Shown one piece after another: positions 15,721 through 23,918 of a stretch of DNA of 28,550 nucleotides. The stretch's first letter is position 1. Each line of letters starts with the position of its first letter. The position numbers were made by a program, and so were the translations under genes. The notes beneath the pieces are model-generated. The model made no database searches and was not told the DNA's origin. It saw only the letters and a list, made by a program, of their open reading frames with translations. This stretch comes from an uncultured Gammaproteobacteria bacterium (lineage in GTDB: Bacteria > Patescibacteriota > Patescibacteriia > UBA9934): contig CAYPYH010000002.1 of the NCBI GenBank assembly GCA_964415145.1, positions 1 through 28,550 of the forward strand. The letters are read 5' to 3'.

Positions 15721-18700
15721 ATGCCGCACAAAAAGATCATCTACAGTATTTTAGGGTGTTTTGTAGTAGGAATTATTTCCGTAACTTTTGTTCGTGCATT
15801 TATTGCGACAGATTTTAGTTTTACGGGTACTGGACATACATCAGCCTTTGCGGGAGACTCAAATATTCTTTTGGCGGATTTTACGGGACCATCGCCAGCC
15901 ACGGATACGATATTGCTAGACGGTGCGGCGGCAGATCCGGTTGCGGGAGATCCATTAAGTTCTTTTGCGGCAAGTATTGTTTTTTTAGATACAGACGGTG
16001 CGGCTGGTTTTGGGGGAGGGGAGCCAGTGATTAGTTCGGCTAATGCTGCACTTACGTCTGCGGACACGGTGCTTACGTCGAGCACGATTACTGTTTTGAA
16101 TGCTTTTCCGACCATTGAATCGGGGCAGACTCTGTATGGATTCGTTGATACAGATACCGACACGATTCTTGACGGTAATGAAGATATTGTTCACCAGGTG
16201 ATTAGCGGAAATGCGGAAACATTAACGAGTGGAGATGCTCTGCGCATTGTAGCCCCAAGCGATGACATGTTTTATGTTGCAGATTCTGGAACGTCAACGT
16301 ACGACGCGCTTACACCAAATGCGATTTTGCATTATCTGGGGCCCAGTGAAAATCCATACGCGGTTGTACAGGCAGGTACTTTAAATTTCCATCCGGCTAC
16401 ATTAGCGGACAATATTTGCGTGGAGGATTCAGATTCATCGGGCACTATTAGTAGTGGTGATGATTTTTGGCGCGATCTTAACGGCACGGACTGCACTTCT
16501 TTTGATACAGGAATTGACGTTATTGTTAATGGTGAAGCGGGTATTATGGATTTAATTTTTTATGAATTAAACGGATATGAGCCGAGTTCGGGATATGGTC
16601 CTGTAACACCCGGATACATTGATGGTAATGGAAATGGGCTATATGACTGCACGCGTACTTCGTGCGAGGCGTTTGTGGTGGCTGCTGGTAATGTAGGGGT
16701 AGATGGAGTATTTACTGGGGGATTAGTGGCTAATCCTTCACCGGTTCTTGTGGACGGTGTTGGAGCCATTGCTACAGATTGGGTTGATGACCCAACGCTC
16801 ATGAACGCCTATGATTTATCTACAGTGACCATTGGGGGTGAAACGCGTTTTGCGTATGTGGATTCAGACGCGGACACTATATATGACAGTGCTGAAGACA
16901 TGGTGGAATTGGTAAAATCGGGGAATGCGGAAACATTTTCTACAGGGGATCTTTTCTTAAATATGACCAATGCGGGTTGGTTTGCAGACATAAACAACAA
17001 TGATACATATTCTGTAGTGACCGATATTATGATCGGTTCCTTGGATGCAAATTTGAATGCGGGCGCGCTTAATGGGACGGGTGTAGATGAAGTCGTGATT
17101 CCGTCTAATAATGCAACAGATCTTTCAACATTCGATGTGGACGATGTGTATTTTGATGCAGATGCTAATGTGGCGTATACCGATGGTGAAGATATCGTGG
17201 CCGATGTCGATGCATCCGGTTATTTCAATGCGGACGATCTGATGAGTATTTCTTTTAGCAATACGGTGTCCGATTACCCACTTGAAAATGCAGACTTAGA
17301 GCATTTATATGTGTATAAAAAGGCAGGGGCAGATTGTGCCGGATCGGGTACAGACTCTTTGCTGGGAGATTTAGCTGCGAGTCCATTCTTTAGTACAGCG
17401 ATCACGATTACCGATTCCTTGTTCACTGCGCAGACTTCTTATTGTGTGTATGCAGATATTGCAGCAGGAGCACGCGCTGGAAGATACGTATCGCTTGCTA
17501 TTCCACAAAATGGAGCAACGTTTTTGGGGGCGGTAGATTCTCCTTCGGATGCATTATTTAGTATGGGAAATAGCAGTTCGTACACGAGTGTCTCGCGTCT
17601 TATGTCTGCCACTATGGTTCCTGGCGACGTTGCTGCTAATGCGACAACGACATATACGACCGTGTTTACCACTTCAGCCGACATTACAACAGGGGACGAC
17701 ATTAATATCGTGTTCCCTTCGGCATACGATGTTACTGGCGCAAGCGTTGTATGTACGGATGATGGAGGGGCTTCCGCAGGAACATCGTCAATTAACGGGC
17801 AAATTGTTTCGCGTAATCTTTCTGCAGATATCGCGGCGGGATCATTGGTTTCATGCGTGGTTTCTGGCGTGGTGAATCCAGAAACGGCTGGTGCATATAG
17901 TGCGTTTATTGTGAGTACGGTGCGCCAGGCGATCTACGACAGCATACGTGCAGATGTTGATCTTACATTCTCAGCGGTTACCATTACGGCGTCCACCATA
18001 CGGCATAATCGTCAGCAAATAGTAGACCCTATTGTGGCGCCCGTTGTAACGATTACAACTCCGGCTAATGGAGTATTTATTCAAGGAGCGGTTATGATTA
18101 CGTGGGAGACGACAGGTACTTCACCAGGATTTGCTAATATCACATACACGGCGAATGGGATTGATTATGCGATCGCGCGCAATATTAGTGACTCGGGTCA
18201 TTATCTTTGGAGTATTCCAAGTCGTCTCATAGGGCAGGCGGTCGACATTGAAGTTGCACTTACTGATCTTTCCAGCGTTCAAACAGATGATTTGGTTTCG
18301 GTGCTCATTGGGGAAGATGGGATAGAGGAAGAAATTATTTCTGAAGAGGATCTAGATTCGAAGTGGTATATGCCAGATATTGGAACCAGATTGGTGAAGA
18401 TTCCTGAATCTCCAATTGTCTATTATGTAGGGTATGACCATCGTTTACTACGACCATTCCTGACAGAAGATATTTTCTTTTCATGGCGTTCGAATTTTGA
18501 CAAAGTTCGTACCCCAGAGCCGGTGGAATTAGCGCAATTTCCAATGGGGGCACCAATGCCTCCCATGCCGGGCACCTACTTCATAAAGTCGCCAACAAGT
18601 CCTAAGGTATATGTATTGGAACCTATTAAAACAAATAAAACGCAACCGATTTTACACTGGATTGCGTCGGAAGAAGTAGCGGAGCTGTATTTTGGGGGCA

Positions 18701-18810
18701 ACTGGAGCGCGCGCGTGCTCGATGTTCCTGCCGAAGTAATTGATCTTTCACCAAAGGGATATGATTTACTTGGCACCGAAGAGGAACCGTGGTTCATTGC
18801 GATTTACTAG
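15721..18810 (+). CDS. Large acidic secreted surface protein with Dx[DN]xDG-like Ca-binding motifs and the shared C-terminal domain
   Basis: N-terminal signal/TM and at least 8 Dx[DN]x[DNS]-type loops (e.g. DSDSSGTISSGDD, DGNGNGLYD, DVDASGYFNADD). Extended -10 TGtTATAAT at 15683-15691. Confidence 0.85.
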   Translation: MPHKKIIYSILGCFVVGIISVTFVRAFIATDFSFTGTGHTSAFAGDSNILLADFTGPSPATDTILLDGAAADPVAGDPLSSFAASIVFLDTDGAAGFGGGEPVISSANAALTSADTVLTSSTITVLNAFPTIESGQTLYGFVDTDTDTILDGNEDIVHQVISGNAETLTSGDALRIVAPSDDMFYVADSGTSTYDALTPNAILHYLGPSENPYAVVQAGTLNFHPATLADNICVEDSDSSGTISSGDDFWRDLNGTDCTSFDTGIDVIVNGEAGIMDLIFYELNGYEPSSGYGPVTPGYIDGNGNGLYDCTRTSCEAFVVAAGNVGVDGVFTGGLVANPSPVLVDGVGAIATDWVDDPTLMNAYDLSTVTIGGETRFAYVDSDADTIYDSAEDMVELVKSGNAETFSTGDLFLNMTNAGWFADINNNDTYSVVTDIMIGSLDANLNAGALNGTGVDEVVIPSNNATDLSTFDVDDVYFDADANVAYTDGEDIVADVDASGYFNADDLMSISFSNTVSDYPLENADLEHLYVYKKAGADCAGSGTDSLLGDLAASPFFSTAITITDSLFTAQTSYCVYADIAAGARAGRYVSLAIPQNGATFLGAVDSPSDALFSMGNSSSYTSVSRLMSATMVPGDVAANATTTYTTVFTTSADITTGDDINIVFPSAYDVTGASVVCTDDGGASAGTSSINGQIVSRNLSADIAAGSLVSCVVSGVVNPETAGAYSAFIVSTVRQAIYDSIRADVDLTFSAVTITASTIRHNRQQIVDPIVAPVVTITTPANGVFIQGAVMITWETTGTSPGFANITYTANGIDYAIARNISDSGHYLWSIPSRLIGQAVDIEVALTDLSSVQTDDLVSVLIGEDGIEEEIISEEDLDSKWYMPDIGTRLVKIPESPIVYYVGYDHRLLRPFLTEDIFFSWRSNFDKVRTPEPVELAQFPMGAPMPPMPGTYFIKSPTSPKVYVLEPIKTNKTQPILHWIASEEVAELYFGGNWSARVLDVPAEVIDLSPKGYDLLGTEEEPWFIAIY

Positions 18811-18823
18811 AAGAGGAAATAAT

Positions 18824-18865
18824 AAAAAGGGCCCGCCTTCGGCTGTAATGCCTTAGGCGGGCTTT
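18824..18865. terminator. Bidirectional hairpin terminator between convergent genes
   Basis: AAAGGGCCCGCCT...AGGCGGGCTTT inverted repeat with an inner GGC/GCC pair. Confidence 0.65.
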
Positions 18866-18873
18866 CGCGTGTC

Positions 18874-20664
18874 TTAGAGCGAGATCAGGCTCGGAAAGTG
18901 ACCTTCGTGGTCACGTTCGACCGTCGTCACGTCGCCATTTGTCCAGTGGACTTCGAGCGAGGTGACATGGGGAGGAATGGACTTTACCGGAGGACTGAAT
19001 CCAGCGGTACCGCCACTCGAGCTGATCACGGTCGCCTGGCGCGTCTCGCCAGCGATCATCAGGACCATGCTTCCGTAGGCACCATAGGGACCATTGCGGA
19101 ATGCCACCTCCTGCGTCCCTGCGGCACAAGTGCCGTTGATCAGGGCGCGCATGTCGGTCAGACCGACCGGAAGTGGAACAAGATCCACGCAGGAATCACC
19201 ATTGATGTCGACGGGTCCGATCAGACCACGTTCCTGCACATTGGCGTCCAGTGCGTCGTCGTGCACTCGTTCCCAGGTCTCGCCGTTGTCGGAGAACCGG
19301 TAGAGGTGCAGCTGTTGCGGCCACTGGGTCCAGGGTACGGCATGCTCGAGGTCGCGAACTTCCTCGTAAGCGTGTTCGTATCCTTCAATGTACACCACGT
19401 AGTCTTCGAAGGCATTGACCGCCCAACTCACATTGTGGCGAGTGGGCCCCGCAAGGGTCTGCATGCTTTCAGGAAGCATCCATGAGCTTCCGAAACAGGC
19501 GACGCTTTCGGTGGGTCCAGCAACGCGGCTTGCGGTGCAGACATCGTCGGAACCTACGTCGCTCGAAGCGACTTCCAGGACGCCGTCCTTGTTCGAGTCG
19601 AAAAGCGTGAAGCCCATGGGACTTCCACCAAGACCAGGGCAGGAGACCTGCGTCCAGTTCATGATGTCGCCTCGCCAGCACGAGGTGCCCCCGTTCTCGG
19701 GGTCATTGCGCTCAGAGCCGTCATAGGCGACCAAGAACAGGTTCTGTGTTCCGTCCTCACGCGGAGCGGTGAACACACCCGCATTGGTGTCGATGTCGGG
19801 CGGGAGCCAGTCTGGCTCGTACACCAGTCGTTCGTTCTCCCAAGTGAAGACGGTGGGCGGACATGCGTAGCCACCAAACACCACTTCGGGCACCAGGTCA
19901 CGATTGAGGTCCGCGAACTGCACGTTCATGGGGATGCAGGGCAGTGGGATCGCATCGCTCAGACCAACGTCTTCGGTCTTATCGACCCAGTGTGGGAACA
20001 TGTCCTCTTCGTCCCACTCTTGCGAGTAGAAGTAGAGCTTGAGACCGGCACGAATCTTGTCGGGGTACAAGCCCGCGACCATGCTCATGTAGTTCTCGTC
20101 CATGCCCTCGATGCTCACGATCAGTAGGTCGGGCTTGTCGTCGCCGTTGATGTACTCGAGGGCGAGTGCGGTGACCTGATCGGGCACATGCGGAAGGTTG
20201 AGCTCAGCGGGGCAGGAGTCGTAGACGCCGTCGTCGTTGACACACAGGTAGGCCGGATTCGCACCACCACTTTGCGTGAGCATCGTGGCGGGGAATTCCG
20301 TGAACACCATGCCGTCGCGCTTGCCGCCGGCCAGATTGCCAAGGGCGGCTTGCATCCAGGGCTCGGCGTCGGGAGTCTGCTGTCCCTCTTCGAGGGGTGG
20401 CATCTCGGGAATCGAGTAGCCGTCGGCCACGCGTCGATCGATGGCGCAATTGCTCCATTCGCCTGGGGCTGCCGGACAAGGGAACGTGTACGCGCGTTCG
20501 CGCGGGAGCACTTCGGGATTTTCGACTTCGTGGGGCAGAAAGTCTGGAACGAAGTCGTGCACATTGATCGTGCCCGACGTCGTGTTCTGGTCACTGTCCG
20601 GATTCGAGCAGGCGCTCAGCACGAGGCTGAACAGTAGGGCGATCAGAAGGAACGGGTTTCGCAT
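18874..20664 (-). CDS. FG-GAP/VCBS-repeat lipoprotein with ASPIC/UnbV-like C-terminus (CRTAC1-like), GC-rich
   Basis: Lipobox MRNPFLLIALLFSLVLSA-C. Repeats INGDDKPDL, DLNRDLVPEV, DSNKDGVLEV and DINGDSCVDL. C-terminal G..V.....Q....SSSGG...LEVHWTNG. GGAGG 5 nt before ATG 20664. Confidence 0.78.
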   Translation of the reverse strand: MRNPFLLIALLFSLVLSACSNPDSDQNTTSGTINVHDFVPDFLPHEVENPEVLPRERAYTFPCPAAPGEWSNCAIDRRVADGYSIPEMPPLEEGQQTPDAEPWMQAALGNLAGGKRDGMVFTEFPATMLTQSGGANPAYLCVNDDGVYDSCPAELNLPHVPDQVTALALEYINGDDKPDLLIVSIEGMDENYMSMVAGLYPDKIRAGLKLYFYSQEWDEEDMFPHWVDKTEDVGLSDAIPLPCIPMNVQFADLNRDLVPEVVFGGYACPPTVFTWENERLVYEPDWLPPDIDTNAGVFTAPREDGTQNLFLVAYDGSERNDPENGGTSCWRGDIMNWTQVSCPGLGGSPMGFTLFDSNKDGVLEVASSDVGSDDVCTASRVAGPTESVACFGSSWMLPESMQTLAGPTRHNVSWAVNAFEDYVVYIEGYEHAYEEVRDLEHAVPWTQWPQQLHLYRFSDNGETWERVHDDALDANVQERGLIGPVDINGDSCVDLVPLPVGLTDMRALINGTCAAGTQEVAFRNGPYGAYGSMVLMIAGETRQATVISSSGGTAGFSPPVKSIPPHVTSLEVHWTNGDVTTVERDHEGHFPSLISL

Positions 20665-20730
20665 GGGGCCCTCCAAGGGCGGGAATGGATCTGTTTGGGG
20701 AAGGACAAAGAGGGTTCTTGCGAACAGCCT

Positions 20731-20759
20731 AAACTATACCATTTTTCCACTTTTGTCAA
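20731..20759 (-). promoter_or_regulatory. Sigma70 promoter of the FG-GAP lipoprotein
   Basis: TTGACA-N17-TAGTTT (or N15-TATAGT with TGn). Confidence 0.6.
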
Positions 20760-20782
20760 TAGAGGGGTCTTTTTATTGAAAT

Positions 20783-20846
20783 AAAAAAAAGAGGCTGACC
20801 ACACGCTTGTACGCGTGGGTCAGCAGGGTCGCGCAGCGCGCGACCC
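20783..20846 (-). terminator. Double-hairpin terminator of the CotH-like gene
   Basis: Directly after the TAA: GGGTCGCGC-gct-GCGCGACCC, then GCTGACC-CACGC-loop-GCGTG-t-GGTCAGC, then a U8 run. Confidence 0.75.
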
Positions 20847-22343
20847 TTAGGGGGCTTGGATCACGATGTTGGTGTCGCCCGTGTCCACGACCAGATCGCT
20901 GTCGAGCACGAGGTCCGTGTCGAAGTCCATGCCCGTGTCGCCGTCGCCGAGTACCCACGGCGCTCGGTATTGCTCCAGCTCCTCGCGGGCATTCGCTGCA
21001 CGCGTGGAGTAGAATTCGTACAAGATGTCGTAGCGCTCGTCGTCAGGTGTTCGCCATGCGCCGTCGCCACCGTCATTCCCCCACGGGTACACGATGGCCT
21101 GGAGCTCGTCGCGCAACGGGGCGATGATCGTGTTCGCGGCGTCGAGCGCCTCGAGCTCACTGATCAGTTCCTCACATCGCGCCACGGTCTGCGCCCAGCA
21201 CGACTCGTCGTACTGGCAGCCCATCGACATTGCGTTGTCGCCGTAGAGCGGGACGTAGGTGTAGGCGCCGTCCCACGCGACTCCGCCCGAGATGTCGGTG
21301 GAGTACGGGTGGTAGCGGAACTTCCCGTCCTGCCCTTCGGTCAGCAGGATGTTGTTCATGTTGTGCAGCGCGTCGTCACCGATCCACAGCAGCCACTCGC
21401 TGCACTGGAAAGTGCGATAGGCGGGCCAGTCGAAGTAGGGCGCGGTCGCCTCCTCGAATTCCTGGCTGCCCATGCTGGCGGTCACGACGTCGGCGAACTC
21501 GTAGAGTCGCGTCTCGTCGCATTCGCTGAGCTCGCACTGCGAAGCGAAGCTGTTCGCCGCCTCGTTGGTGATGTCGGCCCAGACCGCTTCCCAGATGTTG
21601 TTGCAGCCTCCGCCGAAGTAGTCTGCACGGTCGCCCTTGCAGAAGTCCTTCTTGTACTTCTCGATCCCGATGTAGGGGAGGAGGAGATCGGAGTTCTGCC
21701 AACCACTACCTCCCACGAGGATGTAGGTGGTCTTGGGAACCTGGTAGCCGAAGGCATCGTAGACCATGAGCGCCGAGCGTTCACCCAGCATCGACCCCAC
21801 CTGGCCATTGTTGAGGCGCAGGCGGGAGAATCCACCCAGGAGCTGATCCTCGGTGACTTCGTCCACCTTCAGGTTGAAGTTGGGGATGGTGTCGGTGGCC
21901 CACGGGTAGCCGCTGGACTGTCCGGCCAGCTTGGCCTCGATCTGACCGTAGTCCGTGCTGCGCCCATCGGGGAGCTGCGCGTACAGGTGGTCGATCAGGA
22001 TGGTCGGGGTCTCGTCGTTCACGGTGTAGACGGGGCCGAACCACTCCCCGTTCTGCCAGTCCTCGTTCATGGTCTCGATGGTCTCCGGGGAGGCGTCGAT
22101 CCACAGCACGAGGCCGGGGGTCTCGAACAGGTCGAAGTCCAGGTCCGCCACGGCCGTGTTCGGGGTGATCGGAGCGTGGTACTCCATGTCCGTCTCGCCC
22201 GGGTCGGCGTCCGTGTCGTCCTCCACAGTGTACACATTGGTGACGGTGTCACCTTCGTGCGTGTGGAAGTGTTCGTTCGTCACTTCCGTGGTGCATCCAC
22301 CGGCCAGAAGGAGACCTGTCAGCATCAGTCGAATTCGGTTCAC
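20847..22343 (-). CDS. CotH-like kinase domain lipoprotein, GC-rich
   Basis: Lipobox (V/M)NRIRLMLTGLLLAGG-C. GQSS....PNFNLK, RLRLNN...LGERSA, VPKTTY, IGDDALHNMNN and PYSTD match the CotH kinase layout. GGAGG 4 nt before GTG 22343; the track start at 22367 is an alternative. Confidence 0.72.
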   Translation of the reverse strand: MNRIRLMLTGLLLAGGCTTEVTNEHFHTHEGDTVTNVYTVEDDTDADPGETDMEYHAPITPNTAVADLDFDLFETPGLVLWIDASPETIETMNEDWQNGEWFGPVYTVNDETPTILIDHLYAQLPDGRSTDYGQIEAKLAGQSSGYPWATDTIPNFNLKVDEVTEDQLLGGFSRLRLNNGQVGSMLGERSALMVYDAFGYQVPKTTYILVGGSGWQNSDLLLPYIGIEKYKKDFCKGDRADYFGGGCNNIWEAVWADITNEAANSFASQCELSECDETRLYEFADVVTASMGSQEFEEATAPYFDWPAYRTFQCSEWLLWIGDDALHNMNNILLTEGQDGKFRYHPYSTDISGGVAWDGAYTYVPLYGDNAMSMGCQYDESCWAQTVARCEELISELEALDAANTIIAPLRDELQAIVYPWGNDGGDGAWRTPDDERYDILYEFYSTRAANAREELEQYRAPWVLGDGDTGMDFDTDLVLDSDLVVDTGDTNIVIQAP

Positions 22344-22372
22344 TTGCCCTCCAAGTTGATTGGGCATGGGCG

Positions 22373-22401
22373 AAGCTACCGTATTTATTGTGTTTTGTCA
22401 A
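22373..22401 (-). promoter_or_regulatory. Sigma70 promoter of the CotH-like gene
   Basis: TTGACA(22401-22396)-N17-TAGCTT(22378-22373). Confidence 0.65.
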
Positions 22402-22402
22402 T

Positions 22403-22434
22403 AGAAAGAGCCCGGCATATGCCGGGCTCTTTCT
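22403..22434. terminator. Perfect 32-bp palindrome; likely terminator of the 396-aa gene
   Basis: AGAAAGAGCCCGGCAT|ATGCCGGGCTCTTTCT, 2 nt after the stop at 22437. Confidence 0.7.
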
Positions 22435-22436
22435 CA

Positions 22437-23627
22437 TTAGTTCTCTGTTTCATCTTCGTCGTCTCCGTGGTCCGCTTCATCTTCCATTTCTGATTCGTCT
22501 TCTGTTTCATCATCCTGCGAATCCTCTTGTTCGTCTTCAGCTCTTTCATCATTTGAATCATCGTCCGACTCATCTTCGTCCTCATCTTCTACCTCACTGT
22601 CATCCGATAGAATGTCCTCAGGACGACCTTCTATATATTGCCCTGCGCGTGACTGATCCGCAAACCATTTTGCGTCATGAGCGGCTTCTGAGGCAGCGTC
22701 ATATTCGCTAGCAGCAAGATGTGCTTTTGCCTGTGCAAGAAGATCCTTTGCCTGCGCGAGGATTTCACGTGCCTGGGTGACGTCTCGTTCGTCCGCTGCA
22801 CGTTGTGTGATCTTTTCTTCTGCGCGTGCAATGTGTTCTGAAGCATTGTCTATACGGTGCTGTGCACGTAGTGCAGGGGTGCGACCTTCATTGTCGTGGA
22901 GCTCTATCTCTATTTCCACTTCAACTTCTGCACCTTTTAGCTTAAGCTCTCGCACGAGCGCCTCAAGATCGGTTGCCGTTAGGTCTTCTAGCGAGCGAAT
23001 ACGGATATGGATTTTTGTTTCCATATCGTCAATATCTTCTGCGGCATCGTCTAGAATATCTTCCTCATCGTTAGATTCAAGAAGATCATCCACTTCAATG
23101 GCGTCCCCGTCATCTGAAATACGGAAAATATCGCCGCTCTTGTCTTTAAGAATCATTCCAGGGGGCAATGTGTCAGCAGTAAGAGGTTCACCTACCGTAT
23201 AGTGACTAAAGAATCCCTCAGGGAGATCGTCTACTTTTTGTGCCCAATCTGGTCCGAAGAATTTTATTGCAATTTCCTCAGTGGGGATTTCACGTAGTAC
23301 ATCGCCTGGACTGATTACATATGTAGCAGGGGCGGATGCGAGTTTTACCAAGCGAACACCGGAGCGATATTTGACTACACCTCCAAATGGAATTGTAGCT
23401 AGGTCGGTGCAGGAAATCGTTTGAACGCTGTCAAAAGTATTGCGCCAGGTATTGAATATTTTTTCATTTGGGAACGAGTATCGCTTCCCGTCTTGTGAAA
23501 TATAGTAGACGGTAGAAATATCAGGACAGCGCACAAGATCTCCATTGGTGGCTGCATGAGCAACCTGCGCCGCGTACAGGTGAGGCGTAAGGAGCATGAC
23601 TGCGGCAAATAATGAGAGTTTTTTCAT
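22437..23627 (-). CDS. Secreted protein: shared two-repeat domain (N-terminal), helical region and very acidic tail
   Basis: Signal peptide MKKLSLFAAVMLLTPHLYAAQVAHA, DGKRYSFPNEKIFNTW..FFGPDW domain, and a D/E-rich last ~55 aa. TATAAT 8 nt before the ATG. Confidence 0.85.
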   Translation of the reverse strand: MKKLSLFAAVMLLTPHLYAAQVAHAATNGDLVRCPDISTVYYISQDGKRYSFPNEKIFNTWRNTFDSVQTISCTDLATIPFGGVVKYRSGVRLVKLASAPATYVISPGDVLREIPTEEIAIKFFGPDWAQKVDDLPEGFFSHYTVGEPLTADTLPPGMILKDKSGDIFRISDDGDAIEVDDLLESNDEEDILDDAAEDIDDMETKIHIRIRSLEDLTATDLEALVRELKLKGAEVEVEIEIELHDNEGRTPALRAQHRIDNASEHIARAEEKITQRAADERDVTQAREILAQAKDLLAQAKAHLAASEYDAASEAAHDAKWFADQSRAGQYIEGRPEDILSDDSEVEDEDEDESDDDSNDERAEDEQEDSQDDETEDESEMEDEADHGDDEDETEN

Positions 23628-23642
23628 ATGGTGAGATTATAA

Positions 23643-23680
23643 CAAAAAAACAAAATCAGGCACCAGATGATGCCCGATTT
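23643..23680 (-). terminator. Intrinsic terminator with no obvious annotated gene upstream
   Basis: Minus strand AAATCGGGCA-TCATCTGG-TGCCTGATTT followed by TGTTTTTTT. The G-U pair forms only on the minus strand. Confidence 0.55.
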
Positions 23681-23918
23681 ACTGTGGATGCATGCATATA
23701 TTTATGCAAGACGGGCACGTAGTGTGAGGCGACGAGGACGTAAAAGACGTACGCGTGTTTTGGTCATGTATTTGCAGGTGACCGAATAGTGGCGCTGCAT
23801 GAGCTTTGACATAGATTATGATTAAATAATAAAAGTGAACTGCGGGGCGCAATGCGTGGAAAGGGGATCCACGCAATATTTATGTGTGATGAACCATTTA
23901 AAGAACGAATTTTTTTGT

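Noticed and set aside
6378-18810. CRISPR array or DGR template/variable repeat
   Set aside because: There are no regularly spaced identical repeats, no ~100-bp repeat pair differing only at adenines, and no RT gene. The protein repeats are diverged at DNA level.
12200-22434. Integron cassette (attC) explanation for the GC-rich genes
   Set aside because: No RYYYAAC...GTTRRRY pairs were seen at their ends, orientations are mixed, the units carry their own promoter signals, and there is no integrase.
20856-22493. 545-aa plus-strand ORF
   Set aside because: It is antisense to the CotH-like gene with no start signals or recognisable motifs; a typical shadow of a high-GC3 gene.
23891-23906. GAAC-N8-GAAC as a further LexA site
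   Set aside because: The spacer is 8 rather than 7 and it is not next to an identified promoter.
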